Notes: generated from the sequence alone by a model not told the origin. A stretch of 64,000 nt of DNA from an uncultured delta proteobacterium (GCA_963771175.1 CAVYSY010000022.1:98580-162579); one strand, 5' to 3'; shown: positions 18,109 through 29,593, numbered from the stretch's first letter. Program-made: numbers and translations.

Positions 18109-19293
18109 TCAGGGTACATCGAGCCTCTTCTGTCTGGACTGTCTCGCCCGCTCCTTCGCGTACTCCTCGATCGGCACCTCGCCCCGGCGGGCGCGGATTC
18201 GAAGCTGGTACAGGGCCTCGCGCTCGGCTTGCAGTGCGTCCGGTGCGTCCTTGGGCACGGGGGCGAGCCGGTAGTTCTGGTCGAGCACGCTGAGCTGGAT
18301 GCCGCGAGTGTCCAGGACCACGTAGGTCCCCAGCGACAGCGCCGCGGCGAACACCCAGGGGCTCGCCAACCGCAGCAGCCTGGGCAGGGGCTCCAGCCGG
18401 ACGGGTCCCTCCGGGGCCTCCAGGACGTCTGGACGGGGAGGGCCCCCCAGCAGGTTCGGGAAGCGGTGCGCGCCGGCCAGCAACCCCCAGAGAGCCGCGT
18501 TGCCCACGAGCGCGATCATCAAGAGGGCCAGCAGCTCCTGCGAGGTGGGCGCCTGCTGCGGGGACTCGATGTCCTTGGCGACGAAGAACAGCGCCGTGGA
18601 CACGATGTTGTTGGCCGCGTGCGCGAGGATGCCCGGCCACAGCGAGCCGGTGCGCAGCATCAGCCAGCCGAACAGCACGCCCAGCTCCAGGCGCGCCAGG
18701 AAGCCCACCGGATCCAGATGGAAGAGGCTGAAGACGACCGCTGAGATGACGATGGCTTGCTGGGAGCGGCCTCCCGGTGCCTTCAACCCCTGGAACAAGA
18801 CGCCCCGGAAGAAGAACTCCTCGCACACCGGGGCCCCGAGGCCCACGCTCGCGATGATGAGGGCCAGCTCCACCGGCGTCTGCCCGCGGAAGATGGCCGA
18901 CATGTCGTAGATCTGCTGCCACGACTTGGGGAGCAGCGACTGGGAGACGAACTGCACGGGCGCGACGACGGCGAAGAAGTTGACCGCGCCCAGGATGAAC
19001 CCGAAGGCCGCCGGCGCGAGTCTCGGGGAGGACAGGCCCGTGTAGCGCACCGGATCCCTCTCCGTGATGCGCAGCACGTACCAGCCCAGGCCGAAGAACA
19101 CGAAGATCTCGGTGAACCAGATGCCGAAGGCCACGTTGAGCGTCTGCACCGAGGCCCCCACCAGCAGGAAGGCCATGAAGACGACGCCCGTGGCGACGAC
19201 CGCCACGGTACGTGGGTCGACCCAGGGGGTCCGAGGGGGGCTGGGGGTGACTTCTTCCACCGGCTTTCTCCGGCTGCGAGGGGGTGCGTTCAA
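18109..19293 (-). CDS. CPBP (CAAX/Abi) family intramembrane metalloprotease
   Basis: APVCEEFFFRG, FSLFH, HAANN motifs; multiple TM helices. Confidence 0.9.
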   Translation of the reverse strand: MNAPPRSRRKPVEEVTPSPPRTPWVDPRTVAVVATGVVFMAFLLVGASVQTLNVAFGIWFTEIFVFFGLGWYVLRITERDPVRYTGLSSPRLAPAAFGFILGAVNFFAVVAPVQFVSQSLLPKSWQQIYDMSAIFRGQTPVELALIIASVGLGAPVCEEFFFRGVLFQGLKAPGGRSQQAIVISAVVFSLFHLDPVGFLARLELGVLFGWLMLRTGSLWPGILAHAANNIVSTALFFVAKDIESPQQAPTSQELLALLMIALVGNAALWGLLAGAHRFPNLLGGPPRPDVLEAPEGPVRLEPLPRLLRLASPWVFAAALSLGTYVVLDTRGIQLSVLDQNYRLAPVPKDAPDALQAEREALYQLRIRARRGEVPIEEYAKERARQSRQKRLDVP

Positions 19294-19339
19294 AACACGA
19301 CACGCAGGGGTGAGGCGCTTCTATAATGCCCGGACTTTG

Positions 19340-20779
19340 ATGCGCTTCCCGCGACGAACGCCAGGCTGGATACAGACCGTGGGGCGACTTGTTCTCCGAG
19401 GGGCGGGCCCGTGCGTGGCGCTGCTGGCGTCGGGGACAGCCGCCGCGTCCGCGTTCCATCTCGAGGCGCGCACCGAGGCGCAGGTGTACCAGATCCGCGC
19501 CTGGAGGGGTGCGTCTCCCGAGGAGCCGGTGCTGCTGCCGCGCCGGCGCATCGTTCAGTACCTGGGGCTCACCGGGTACGAGCTCGTCACCGGGGAGGAC
19601 CTGGGTTTCGAGTCCAGCCTGCGCATCTTCGCGGACTTCGGCCTGCCGCGTGGCGAGGCCGCGAAGGTGGATGGGCTCCGCTCGGAGGATGCGGACCTGC
19701 TCTACGCCTTCGTCCGTTATGGGGGGAAGGGGTTCGAGGGGCGGCTGGGGCGGCAGGTCTACGGGGACGTGTCGGATCTCCTGGTCTTCGATGGAGCGCG
19801 GCTGCGCTACGTGAGCCCGCTGGGGCTCGGGGCCGAGGTGTACGGAGGGTTGTGGGTGAAGGGGGCGGGGTTCCTGGCCTCGTCGGTGTACCAGCCCGAG
19901 GGGACGCGGGAGAGCGATGAGCGGCGACTCGAGCAGGGCGTGCCCGGTGCGGACCCGACGCTGACGGCTCTCGAGCCGGTGTACGGCGCGAAGCTGCTGC
20001 TGGAGGACCTGAAGGGCGTGTCCGCCGCGCTGGGTTACCGCCGGGCCCTGGTCGCGGGGAAGACGGACCTCGAGCGCGCGACGCTGGAGGCGCGGTACGG
20101 ACGGGGGCTCGGGGTGGGCGCGGTGGCGGGGGTGGACTTCGATCTGTTGCGGATGCGGCTCGCGCAGGCCCGCGCGCAGGTGCGGTGGGACGGGGAGCGG
20201 CTGGCGGTGAGCGGCGAGGCGCTGCGGCTCTCGCCGGTCTTCTCCGCGGACTCCATCTGGTACTGGTTCGCCTTCGCTCCGAGGGACGAGGCGCGGGTGC
20301 GCGTGGACTTCTTCCCGCGAGGCGCGCTGCGCTACTACGCGCAGGGCGTGGCGAGCCTGTACCACACGGAGCTCAACAGCGGCCTGCGGCTGGCGGAGGC
20401 GGCGCGGGAGCCCGGGGGCCCGCCGTCCTACACCGCGGGAGGCTCGGCGGGCGCGGCGCTGCGGTGGGGCCGCTTCCGCTCGGCGCTGGACGTGTCGTAC
20501 CGGCGAGGCTACGGGGGCTCGCAGCTCTGGACGGACCTCACCGCCGGCTATGGCTTCGGTGATGGGCGCTTTACCCTGGACGGGCGGCTCTCCATGGCGC
20601 GCATCGATGACGCGTTCAACCCGCTGCTGGCGGGCGATTTCTTCGGCGCGCAGGTGTGGGCCAGCCAGGTGCTGACCCGAGCGGCGCGCGTGTCCCTGGT
20701 GCTCGAGCAGAACGTGAACCCGTTCACCCGCTGGGACTCCAAGGTGTTCTTCCTCTTCGACCTGAAGGCGAGCCTGTAG
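19340..20779 (+). CDS. Predicted outer-membrane beta-barrel protein
   Basis: Signal peptide ending AAASA; many amphipathic strands rich in G/Y/F/W; RLGRQ motif; terminal strand VFFLFDLKASL; GTG start at 19379 also possible. Confidence 0.65.
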   Translation: MRFPRRTPGWIQTVGRLVLRGAGPCVALLASGTAAASAFHLEARTEAQVYQIRAWRGASPEEPVLLPRRRIVQYLGLTGYELVTGEDLGFESSLRIFADFGLPRGEAAKVDGLRSEDADLLYAFVRYGGKGFEGRLGRQVYGDVSDLLVFDGARLRYVSPLGLGAEVYGGLWVKGAGFLASSVYQPEGTRESDERRLEQGVPGADPTLTALEPVYGAKLLLEDLKGVSAALGYRRALVAGKTDLERATLEARYGRGLGVGAVAGVDFDLLRMRLAQARAQVRWDGERLAVSGEALRLSPVFSADSIWYWFAFAPRDEARVRVDFFPRGALRYYAQGVASLYHTELNSGLRLAEAAREPGGPPSYTAGGSAGAALRWGRFRSALDVSYRRGYGGSQLWTDLTAGYGFGDGRFTLDGRLSMARIDDAFNPLLAGDFFGAQVWASQVLTRAARVSLVLEQNVNPFTRWDSKVFFLFDLKASL

Positions 20780-21956
20780 ATGGACCGCCGGTACCGCACA
20801 GCCCTGGGGCTGCTCGTCCTGTCCTTCGTGGCGGCTGGAATCACCTGGGCGGCCACGGGACGCGAGCGCAGCCTCGCCGTCTACCCGGCCCAGCACATCC
20901 CGCTGCGCTTCGACCACAAGCAGCACCTGGAGGCGGGGGCCGAGTGCGTCTCCTGCCACGACGCGGCTCGCGCGAGTGGCTCGGTGAAGGACCGCAACCT
21001 CCCGGGCCACGAGGAGTGCGAGTCCTGCCACGACATCGAGGCGGCGCGGAAGGGCGAGAAGACGGACCCGGCGGCGAGCTGCGGCACATGCCACCCGGGG
21101 TTCGATTCCACGGTGCGTCTGGCGCCGGCGAAGGTGGACGTGCCTTCCGCCAACCTGCTCTTCAACCACAAGGTGCACGTGGACAAGAAGGTGGAGTGCA
21201 CGAAGTGCCATGGTGCCATGACGGACGTGCAGCTCGCCTCGCGGCAGCAGCTCCCGAAGATGGCCACCTGCTTCGAGTGCCATGATGGCAACGTGGCCTC
21301 CAAGGCGTGCGGCACCTGCCACCTGACGCAGCCCTCGGGGCGGCTGCAGCTCACGTTCCCCTCGGGGGTGCTGCGGCCGATGCAGGGCAACCCGCTGGGG
21401 ATGGACCACGGGCCCCGGTACGAGTTCTCCCACGGCAGCCGAGCGTCGGTGGACCGGCAGACGTGCCTGTCGTGCCACGCGGAGTCCTACTGCCAGACGT
21501 GCCACGACGCGCTGCAAAAGCCGCTGTCGGTGCACCCGAACGACTACCTCACGCTGCACCCTGTGCAGGCGCGGCAGGACTCCACCCGGTGCTCGAGCTG
21601 CCACCGGATGCAGTCCTTCTGTGCCGCGTGCCACGAGCGCACGGGGGTGGGAATGGACGCGGACTCGCTCGCTGCGCCCGCGCAACGTGAAGATCCACCC
21701 GGACTACAACACGTGGGTCGAGGTACCGGGACCCCAGCACCACGGAGTCATGGCCTCGAGGGATCTCCAGTCGTGCGTGTCCTGCCACCGCGAGGAGTCC
21801 TGCATGAGCTGCCACTCGGCGCGCTCCGAGCGCCGGCAGGTGAACCCGCACCCGGATGGGTTCGGCGCGGCGTGCAAGCGGCTGGCGGCGGCCAACGACA
21901 GGCCCTGCCTCAAGTGCCACACCGAGACGAGCCTGGTGCAGAAGGGGTGTCTCTGA
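20780..21956 (+). CDS. Multiheme c-type cytochrome (c3/c7-like), 13 CxxCH, apparent frameshift near 21665
   Basis: 10 CxxCH in ORF 20780 plus 3 in ORF 21621-21956; FDHKQH and FNHKVH distal ligand motifs; N-terminal signal or anchor. Confidence 0.9.
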
Positions 21957-22384
21957 TGCGCCGGTTGCTGCTCGTGGGCCTGTTGGAAACCGCCGCGTGT
22001 CTGGAGCCGGGCGACCCGTTCCTCGCCACGCGCGACATGGATCCACCCGAGGTGGTGTCCACCGAGCCGGGCGCCGGAGGCACGTTGCCCGCGGATGGAA
22101 CGCTGCAGATCCTTTTCTCCGAGACGATGGACGTGCGCACGCTGCGCCCGGGAATCGCTGTCTTCGAGGGCCGGACGGAGGTGCCCCTGTCGCTGACGGT
22201 GCCGCCGAACGTGGACGAGGACGTCGAGCACGGGGACGTGCCCTACACCGTCACCGTGAGGGCGGAGGCGGGGGCGCTCGAGCCGGGCACGGCGTACACG
22301 CTGGTGATGCGCACCTCGCTGATGGATTTCGAGGGCAATGCGCTCCTGCGTGAGGTGCGGGTGCCCTTCCGTACAGCGCCCTGA
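21956..22384 (+). CDS. Ig-like (Big_5-type) domain lipoprotein
   Basis: TGATG coupling; MRRLLLVGLLETAAC lipobox-like; PPEVVSTEP, ILFSETMD, LEPGTAYTL, DFEGNAL, FRT. Confidence 0.75.
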   Translation: MRRLLLVGLLETAACLEPGDPFLATRDMDPPEVVSTEPGAGGTLPADGTLQILFSETMDVRTLRPGIAVFEGRTEVPLSLTVPPNVDEDVEHGDVPYTVTVRAEAGALEPGTAYTLVMRTSLMDFEGNALLREVRVPFRTAP

Positions 22385-22399
22385 GGCAGGGGGGCCAGG

Positions 22400-22424
22400 C
22401 CCTCTCCCCGAGGCGGGGAGAGGG
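22400..22424. repeat. REP-like palindrome, copy 2 (possible bidirectional terminator)
   Basis: CCCTCTCCCCG-AGG-CGGGGAGAGGG perfect 11-bp stem between convergent genes. Confidence 0.6.
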
Positions 22425-22432
22425 GACGTTGC

Positions 22433-24994
22433 TCACTGGTGGCGCAGGTAGCGGGAAATCTCCTCGGCGAACTGCTTGGAGGCCGCCACGTCGGGCGCCG
22501 CCGGACCTAGCTTCAGCTTCTTGTCCTCCTCGACGAGGTAGCGCTGGTCCAGCATGTACGTCACCGCGTTCTCCAGGGTCACCTTGGCCAGGGACTCGGC
22601 CGCGGTGATGCGCCCCGAGAGGTACTCGGCCCGGCCCAGCTCCAGCGCCTGCTTCACGAAGGACTTGCGATCCATCGCCGCGCCCGTGGCCACCTCCTGC
22701 AGCGTGAGGGCGGCGATCAGGTAGGACTCCAGGTAGTCGCGCAGCAGGTCCGCCAGGAACTCCAGCTCGGGGCGAGCGTGGGGCTCGGGAGCCACGCTGA
22801 GCGTGTCCCCCTGATGCAGCACCAGCCCCATCCGCACCAGCCGCTCCACCACCTCCGCGAAGATGGTGTCGAAGCTGGCGCCCACCCGGTAGATGAACTC
22901 CAACTTGAAGAGTCGCGACAGCCACAGCGCCCGGGCCTTCACCTCGTCGAATGACGCCGGCGCCCCCGCCAGCAGCGCGTTGGCCACGAGGCTGCGCGCC
23001 GCCACCAGGTTCATCAGCGTGTTCTTGTAGAAGGACAGCTCGGCGCGGCGGTTGTCCTCGGCCTGATAGATGACGTCGCCGCGCGCCTTCTGCGTGCGGA
23101 CCATCCCGTCCGAGCAGAACGTGCGCATGGCGTCCTGGATGGGACCCATGGCCTCGGGGTTGCTCGGCGAGTTCACCAGCGTCTTGGAGAGGGGAGCCTC
23201 TCCTCCTCGGCGATGCGGCGCAGGATGGTGATGCGATCCGTCAGCTCGCGGAGGGTCATGCCGCGCCGGCGGTGGGACGAGCAGGGCCGCGCTCACCAGC
23301 GCGTGCGGCGTCACCGTGGACACCTTGCTGATGCCGTACATCATCCGGTTGCCCAGCGCGCGCACCAGGCCCTTCTTCTGCTCGTCCGACGATGGGCTTG
23401 CCCGGGTCGAGCCCGCGGCTCTTCATCAGCTCCACCAGCGACATGGGGCTCGTCGAAGGTGAGGTGGATGCGCCCGTAGCGCGCGGTGAGCACCTTGGGC
23501 GTGCTCAGCAGGGCCTTGAGGTCCTCGGGCTTCTTCTCGCCGCCGGCCAGCTCCTTCGAGTAGCTGCCTCCCTCGACCACCTTCTCGTAGTCGATGGACA
23601 CCGGCACGAAGATCGAGGTCGTTGCGCGCGCCCTCGAGCACGGCGTCCACCTGCCAGGTGAACATGCCCAGCTTGGGCTGCAGCAGCTTGCCGGTGCGCG
23701 AGCGACCGCCCTCGGGGAAGAACTCCTGGTGCACGCCGTCGTGCACGAGCTTCTTCACGTAGGCGCTGAAGGACGCGGCGTAGACCTTGTCGTCCTTGAA
23801 GGAGCGGCGCAGGAAGAAGGCGCCGCAGCGGCGGAGGAGGGGCCCGAGCGGCCAGAAGGAGAGGTTGGCGCCCGCGGCCACCAGCGGCACCGCGTAGCCG
23901 CGGTTCCAGAGCACCCAGCTCATGACCAGGTAGTCCACGTGGCTCTTGTGCGAGGGGCACAGCACCACGGGCGCCTTGCTGGCGGCCTTCAGCGCCCGCT
24001 CGAGCCCCGCCTCGTCCACCTCGATGCCGTCGTAGATGCGGTTGAAGACCCAGGCCAGGACCGGCGAGACGAAGGCCAGCGTCGTGGGGCTGGGCTGCGC
24101 GGCGATGGCCTCCAGGTTGCGCCGGGCCTCGCGCTGCACGCTCTCGGGCCGGCGGTTGCTCTCGGCGGCCACCTCGTCCAGCGACTTGCGCAGCGTCCGG
24201 TCGCGCAGCGTCTCGTCGATGATGCGGTCGGTGGACTTCACCGGCGGCCCGAAGACGGCGCGCGTCTCGCGGGCGAGGTGGTGGTGCAGGGCGCTGCGCA
24301 CCTTGCGCGCGATGAGCTCGTCGGAGTCCTCGCGGGTTCTCCTCGATGAAGCGCTTGCAGGTCGATGGGCTCGCCCACGCGGAACTGCGCGCGGTGGTAG
24401 TTGCGGAAGAAGGCCACCATCGAGTGCACGAAGCCGGGCGCGTCCGGGCTGCCGAAGACGTGGTCCAACAGGCTCGGCTTGAGCGGGCAGGTGCGCTTCT
24501 CCCAGACGAAGAGCTCCGGCACCAGGAAGACGGTGCTGGTCGCTCTTGCGCGCCATGTCCACCAGGGCGGGGAAGGGGTTCTCCTCGATGTCCTTGCCCG
24601 CGGCGCTCAGCAGGGCCGTCTTCCTGAGGAAGATGAGGCCGCTGCCGCCCTGGCGCCGCGCGTAGGTGAAGCGCACGTCGAAGTCGCCGCGCTGGGCGGT
24701 GCTGGCGGAAGGGGCGGGTGAACCAGGGCCGCAGGTTCACCACCGCGCGCACGGGCGGCAGCGCCGCGGCGCACCAGGGCCCAGGCCAGGTAGAGGAAGT
24801 TGATCCACGCCGTGGAGCGCATCACGTGCACCACGAAGCCGCGTTCGCGTGCAGCGCGCGCAGCTCGTCCTCGGCCTCGGCGGGGAAGCGGATCGCCGTC
24901 GAAGTAGCGCTCGCCCAGCGAGCCGGGAGACGGGGCCGAACTCGTTCCTTGAGGCCTCGTTGGGACTCGCGGGCTGAACCAGTGAGGCGTCCAC
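22433..24994 (-). CDS. plsB: Glycerol-3-phosphate acyltransferase, multiple apparent frameshifts
   Basis: HKSHVD (HxxxxD), GAFFLRRSF, FFPEGGRSRTGK, PVSIDYEKVVE, FYKNTL across several frames. Confidence 0.8.
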
Positions 24995-25026
24995 GGTGCT
25001 GTCCCCCTTGTGCCACGAGTGCCTCG

Positions 25027-26779
25027 CTACATGTTCTCGGGCGTGGCGATGCCCAGCAGCGTGCAGGCCGGCGGCCAGCGTCACCCGCGTCGCGTCCGTC
25101 AGGGCCAGCCGCGCCGCGCTTCAGGGCGCTCGTTGCTCCTCCACGAGCACGCGCTTGCTCGCGGTCCTGGTTGCCCAGCGTGTAGTAGCGGCTGAAGGCC
25201 GCGGCCAGCTCCAGCAGCAGCGCGCGACGACCAGCTCGGCTCGAGCTGCTCCGCCGCCTCCTGCACCACCACCGGCAGCCGGGCGATGACGCGCAGCACC
25301 GCCTGCTCCTCCGGCAGGGTGAGCAGCGCCGCGTCGTAGCGACGGCCGGCGCCCCGCCGCCCTTGCGCAGGACGTTGCAGGCGCGCGCGTGGGCGTACTG
25401 GAGATAGGGCCCGGTGTGGCCCTCGAAGCTCGAGGACGTCGTCCCAGTCGAAGGTGTAGTCCGTGGTCCGGCGGTTCTTCAGGTCGCCGAAGACGATGGC
25501 GCCCAGGCCGATCTGCTCGGCCAGCGTCATCCGGGTCGCTCGGTCTGGATGCGGCCCGCCTGGCCTGGTTCTCCTGCACCTTCTCCAGGGCGCGGGACTT
25601 CGCCTCGTCCAGCACGTGCGTTGAGCAGCACGACGTTGCCCTTGCGCGTGCTCATGCCGTGCACGCGGCCGAAGTTCGACGTGCACCATGCGCTCGGACC
25701 ACGGGCGGCCCATGGCCTTGAGCACGCCGGAAGAGCTGCCGGAAGTGCAGCGACTGGTCGGTGGCCACCACGTAGAGCGACTTCTCGAAGTGGAAGCGCT
25801 CGTAGCGATCGATGGCCGCCGCGAGATCGCGCGTGGCGTACAGCGTGCTGCCGTCGTTCTTCTTGAGCAGCACGGGCGGCTCGTTCTCCGCGTAGGGCAG
25901 GTCCACGATGAGCGGCGCCCTGGGACTCCTTGACGCCCGGCGTGCTGGGCGATCTCCTCGATCACCGGCGTCCATCTTGCCCTGGTAGAAGCTCTCGCCC
26001 TCGATAGTGCTCGAACTCGATGCCGAGCCGGCGCGTAGATGCGCTTGAAGTCGCGCGAGGCGACGTCTCGCGGAACTCCTTCCACAGCGCGAGGGCCTCG
26101 GGCGTCCCCGGCCTCCATGCGGCGGAAGAAGTCGCGGGCGCGCTCGTCGAACTCGGGCTCCTTCTCGGCGCGGGCGTTGGCCTTGACGTACACCTCCACC
26201 AGGTGGGCCATGTCCTTGCGGCGCGCCGGGTCCCCGTACTCCTGGAAGCCCACGGCCACGAGGCCGAACTGCTTGCCCCAGTCGCCCAGGTAGTTGATGC
26301 CCTCCACCCGGTAGCCGAGCGCGCGGTGCAGGTTGGCCAGTGCTGTGGCCGATCACCGTCGAGCGGATGTGGTGGAAGGCGATGGGCTTGGCGATGTTGG
26401 GCGAGGAGTAGTCGATGACCACCGTCTTGCCGGCGCCCACGTCGCTGCCGCCGTAGGCGCACGGCCTGCGAGCGCGTCGTGTCGATGACCTCCTGCGGTG
26501 AAGGGCAGGGCCGCAGAGCGCGCGTTCACGTAGGGGCCGGCGGCCACGATCTCCAGCCCCGGAACCTTCAGCCTCCTGGGCGAGCTGCGGCGGCGATGGC
26601 CGGCGGGCGCCTTCTTCTGCGGCCTTGGCGAGGGGGAAGGTGGGGAAGGAGAGGTCGCCGTGCGGCGGGTCGGCGCGGCTTCACCTGGGCGTCGATCTCG
26701 GAGGCGGGGACGCCCGAGGGCCTGGGCGAGCGCCTCGACGAAGGCGGTGCGATAGCGGGTATAGACCGAAGGAGTGCAT
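25027..26779 (-). CDS. argS: Arginine-tRNA ligase, many apparent frameshifts
   Basis: IDYSSPNIAKP, INYLGDWGKQFG, EGESFY, KNDGSTLYATRDLAA, YVVATDQSLHF; ends PENM. Confidence 0.9.
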
Positions 26780-26875
26780 TAGGATCGGGGCGGGATACTA
26801 CAGCCCCGGAAGCGTCGGCAGGGCGTGCAGTTCGCGGCGGCACGCGTCTGTCAACGCACTGAGGCGCAGTGATCC

Positions 26876-28586
26876 TCAGGTCACGGCCGGGGCGCGGCGG
26901 CTCGGGCGGACCACGGCGGCCACGGTGTCCAGCAGCCGGGGCAGCTGCAGCGGCTTCTCGAAGAATCCGTCGATGCGCTCGAGCCCCTGGCCGGCGCCGA
27001 GGGTGGCCACGTCGCTGGCGCCGGAGATGATGTAGACGGCCACGTCCGCCAGGGACTCGGCGTGCCGCGGATGAAGCGCAGCACCGAGCGCCCGTCCTCC
27101 TCGCTCAGCCGCAGATCCAGCAGCACCATGGCCGGGCGGATGTGCGAGAGGATGGAGCGGGCCTCGGCGGCGCCGGCGGCCGTCATCACCCGGTAGCCCT
27201 CCTCGCTCGAGCACCTGCTGGAGCACCTCGCGGCAGTCGCGCGTCGTCCTCGACCAGGAGGATGCCGCCCGCGCGGGGGCCGGCCGGGCCGCCTCCGGGG
27301 CGGCGACGGCGCCGGCGAACATGGGCAGCACGAGCTGGACAGGAGGTGCCCTCGCCCAGGGTGCTGGCTCGGCCTCCACGCGGCCGCCGTGGAGCGCCGA
27401 TGATCTTGGCCACCAGGGGCAGGCCGAGCCCGCGGCCGTGCACGCGCGGCGTGCCCGGCGGGCGCGGAAGAAGGGGTCGAAGAGGTGCTCGAGATCCTCG
27501 GCCGCCGAGGCCCGGCGCCGCTGTCCTTCACGGTGAGCAGGGCGAGCCCGCCCTCGGCGGACGACGCGCACCTCCACGGTGTCGCTCGGCCTCGCAGCGG
27601 TGGATGCGCGTGCTCCACGAGGTGCGGGATGGCCTCGGCGATGCGCTCGCGATCGCCGCGCACGAAGACCTCGCGTGCAGGCGGGCAGGGTGAGCCGCAC
27701 CTGGCCTGCTCGGCCGCGGGCGCGAGGGCGCGCACGACCTCCTCGGCCAGGGCCTTGAGGCCGAAGGGGCGCTGGTTGAGCTGCATCTTCCCGCTCTGCA
27801 GGCGGGACATGAGCAGCAGGTCGTTCACCATGCGCAGCATGCGGTCGGCGCTGCGGTCGCAGGTCTGCACCGCCTTGCGCTGCGCGTCGGTGAGGCCGCC
27901 CAGCTTCTGCGCGGCCCAGCATGGCCAGGTAGGCCTTGATGGTGGTGAGCGGGTTCTTCAGGTCGTGCGAGACGTTGCCGAGCAGCTCGTCGCGGCTGCT
28001 GCTCCAGGGCTCTTGAGGCCGGCGATGGCCGTCTGCAGGTCCTTGTTGCGCCGGGCGCTGTCGTCGCGCAGGCGCGGCGACCTCGTAGGCGGCGGAGAGC
28101 TGGCCGGCGAGCGCCGAGAGCATCGAGTCGGAGACGGCGCGGCGCGGGGCGAGGATGGCGAGCAGCCGTTGACGCCCTGGGCGGCCTGTCGAGGGGCACG
28201 GCGAGGGTGTCCTCGTCGCGGAGGATGGCCTTCTCGGCGAAGGCACGGCCCACCACGCCCTGCTCGGGGATAGCGGCGATGATGCGCTCGTCGTAGCGGC
28301 CGCGCACGTGCTCGACGTGGAGCTGATTGCGCGCGGGCTCGAAGCGCGCCACGTAGCAGGCCTTGGCCTGCATGAGCCCGTGGATGATCTGCAGTTGCGA
28401 GCGCAGGGCCTCGGTGGGGCCGGCGCTGGAGGTGATGTGCTGGGACATCTCCACGAGGGCGCGCTCGGCGGCCTCGTTGTCCACGGGAGGCTGGGGCTTG
28501 GCGGTGCGCCGGGGCTGCCGGGGCTTCTTCACCTCGGGACGGAGGGCGACGACCTCGGCCAGATGCGGAACCTTCTTCTTCGGCAC
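26876..28586 (-). CDS. Hybrid sensor histidine kinase / response regulator, many apparent frameshifts
   Basis: SHDLKNPLT H-box, VKDSG and GLGLPLV HATPase boxes, LLVEDD, LLDLRL, FEKP receiver; GAF-like N-terminus. Confidence 0.8.
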
Positions 28587-28803
28587 GGAGCGACCTCGGC
28601 AACAGGGGGCGGCGCGCGGGAGCCCGTCCTCGTGGGGAGCGACGCAATCGCTTCTCGGAGCCGATCCTGCGTCACTCGGGGCCGGGCTGGAAACCCATCC
28701 CGACGTTCCCCCGCAACAGGGGCGACCGCAGGACAATTGCCATGTCAGGTGGATGACACAGGGAGGGAGCGAGGGGCCTGACCTGCTGGGTTCTGGAAGG
28801 CCT

Positions 28804-28838
28804 CCTCGCCCCGAGCCCCTCTCCCAGTGGAAGAGGGG
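28804..28838. repeat. REP-like palindromic element, copy 3
   Basis: CCTCGCCCCGAGCCCCTCTCCCAGTGGAAGAGGGG, intergenic. Confidence 0.6.
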
Positions 28839-28864
28839 ACCTACAGGGCGTCAACCCGGCAGGC

Positions 28865-29593
28865 TCAGGCGCGGCGCTGCACCAGGCCGTTGCCGTCGAG
28901 GAAGTAGGGCTCGGCCAGGGCGGCCTCCACCTGATCGCGGTAGCCCTGGACGCCGAAGCCGCTCTCCTGGAGGGCGCCGAGGGCGGCCGTCTGCACGCGG
29001 CGGGCGATCTCCTTGTTGGAGAGGAGCTTGAGGATGGGCTCGCGAGCCGGCTCGTACTTCAGCGGGCCGAGGGCCTTGAGGGCGGCGAGCTTCACGTCGT
29101 CGGACATGTCCTCGAGGTAGGGCAGGACCGTGGCGGCGATGCGCGGGTCCTCCTTGCCGGTGACGTAGTGGAGTAGGACCACCAGCTTCTCGGAGTTGCG
29201 CAGGTACTTGCCGCTGAGCTCGGCGAGCGTGTCCACGGCGATGGTGGTGACCTCGGCCTGGGACAGGAGCGCCTCGAGGATGCGCAGGGCCCAGGAGGTG
29301 GCCGCCTCGTTCTTGCGCAGGAACTCGGTGACGGGGGCCACGGCGTCCTTGCCGAAGCCCTTGATGAACTCGAAGACGAGCTCCTTCTCGTCGGCGTCCG
29401 TGGTGAGGGGCTCCACGGTGATGTTGTAGCGCTGCAGGAGGACGCCGACGGCCTCGGGGAACTTCATCTCCCCGAGCTGCTGGAGGGCCTTCTGGCGGGT
29501 GGTGGGATCCCCGTACTTCTGGGTCACCTTGGACTTGAGCTTGAGGGCCTTCTCGGGGCCGGAACCACCACCGAGGAAATCGAAGATGCCCAT
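28865..29593 (-). CDS. HEAT repeat protein
   Basis: RQKALQQLG, LEDMSDDVKLAALKALG, RVQTAALGAL repeats. Confidence 0.75.
   Translation of the reverse strand: MGIFDFLGGGSGPEKALKLKSKVTQKYGDPTTRQKALQQLGEMKFPEAVGVLLQRYNITVEPLTTDADEKELVFEFIKGFGKDAVAPVTEFLRKNEAATSWALRILEALLSQAEVTTIAVDTLAELSGKYLRNSEKLVVLLHYVTGKEDPRIAATVLPYLEDMSDDVKLAALKALGPLKYEPAREPILKLLSNKEIARRVQTAALGALQESGFGVQGYRDQVEAALAEPYFLDGNGLVQRRA

Noticed and set aside
18068..21685. 1205-aa minus-strand ORF and other long antisense ORFs (e.g. 45808-48003, 33957-35585, 5545-7353)
   Set aside because: Shadow ORFs overlapping well-supported genes; expected at high GC3; no recognisable motifs
20780..22384. Single 534-aa cytochrome-Ig fusion shown in the ORF track
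   Set aside because: An indel near 21665 shifts the frame; three further CxxCH lie in another frame ending at 21956, and the Ig protein has its own ATG and lipobox
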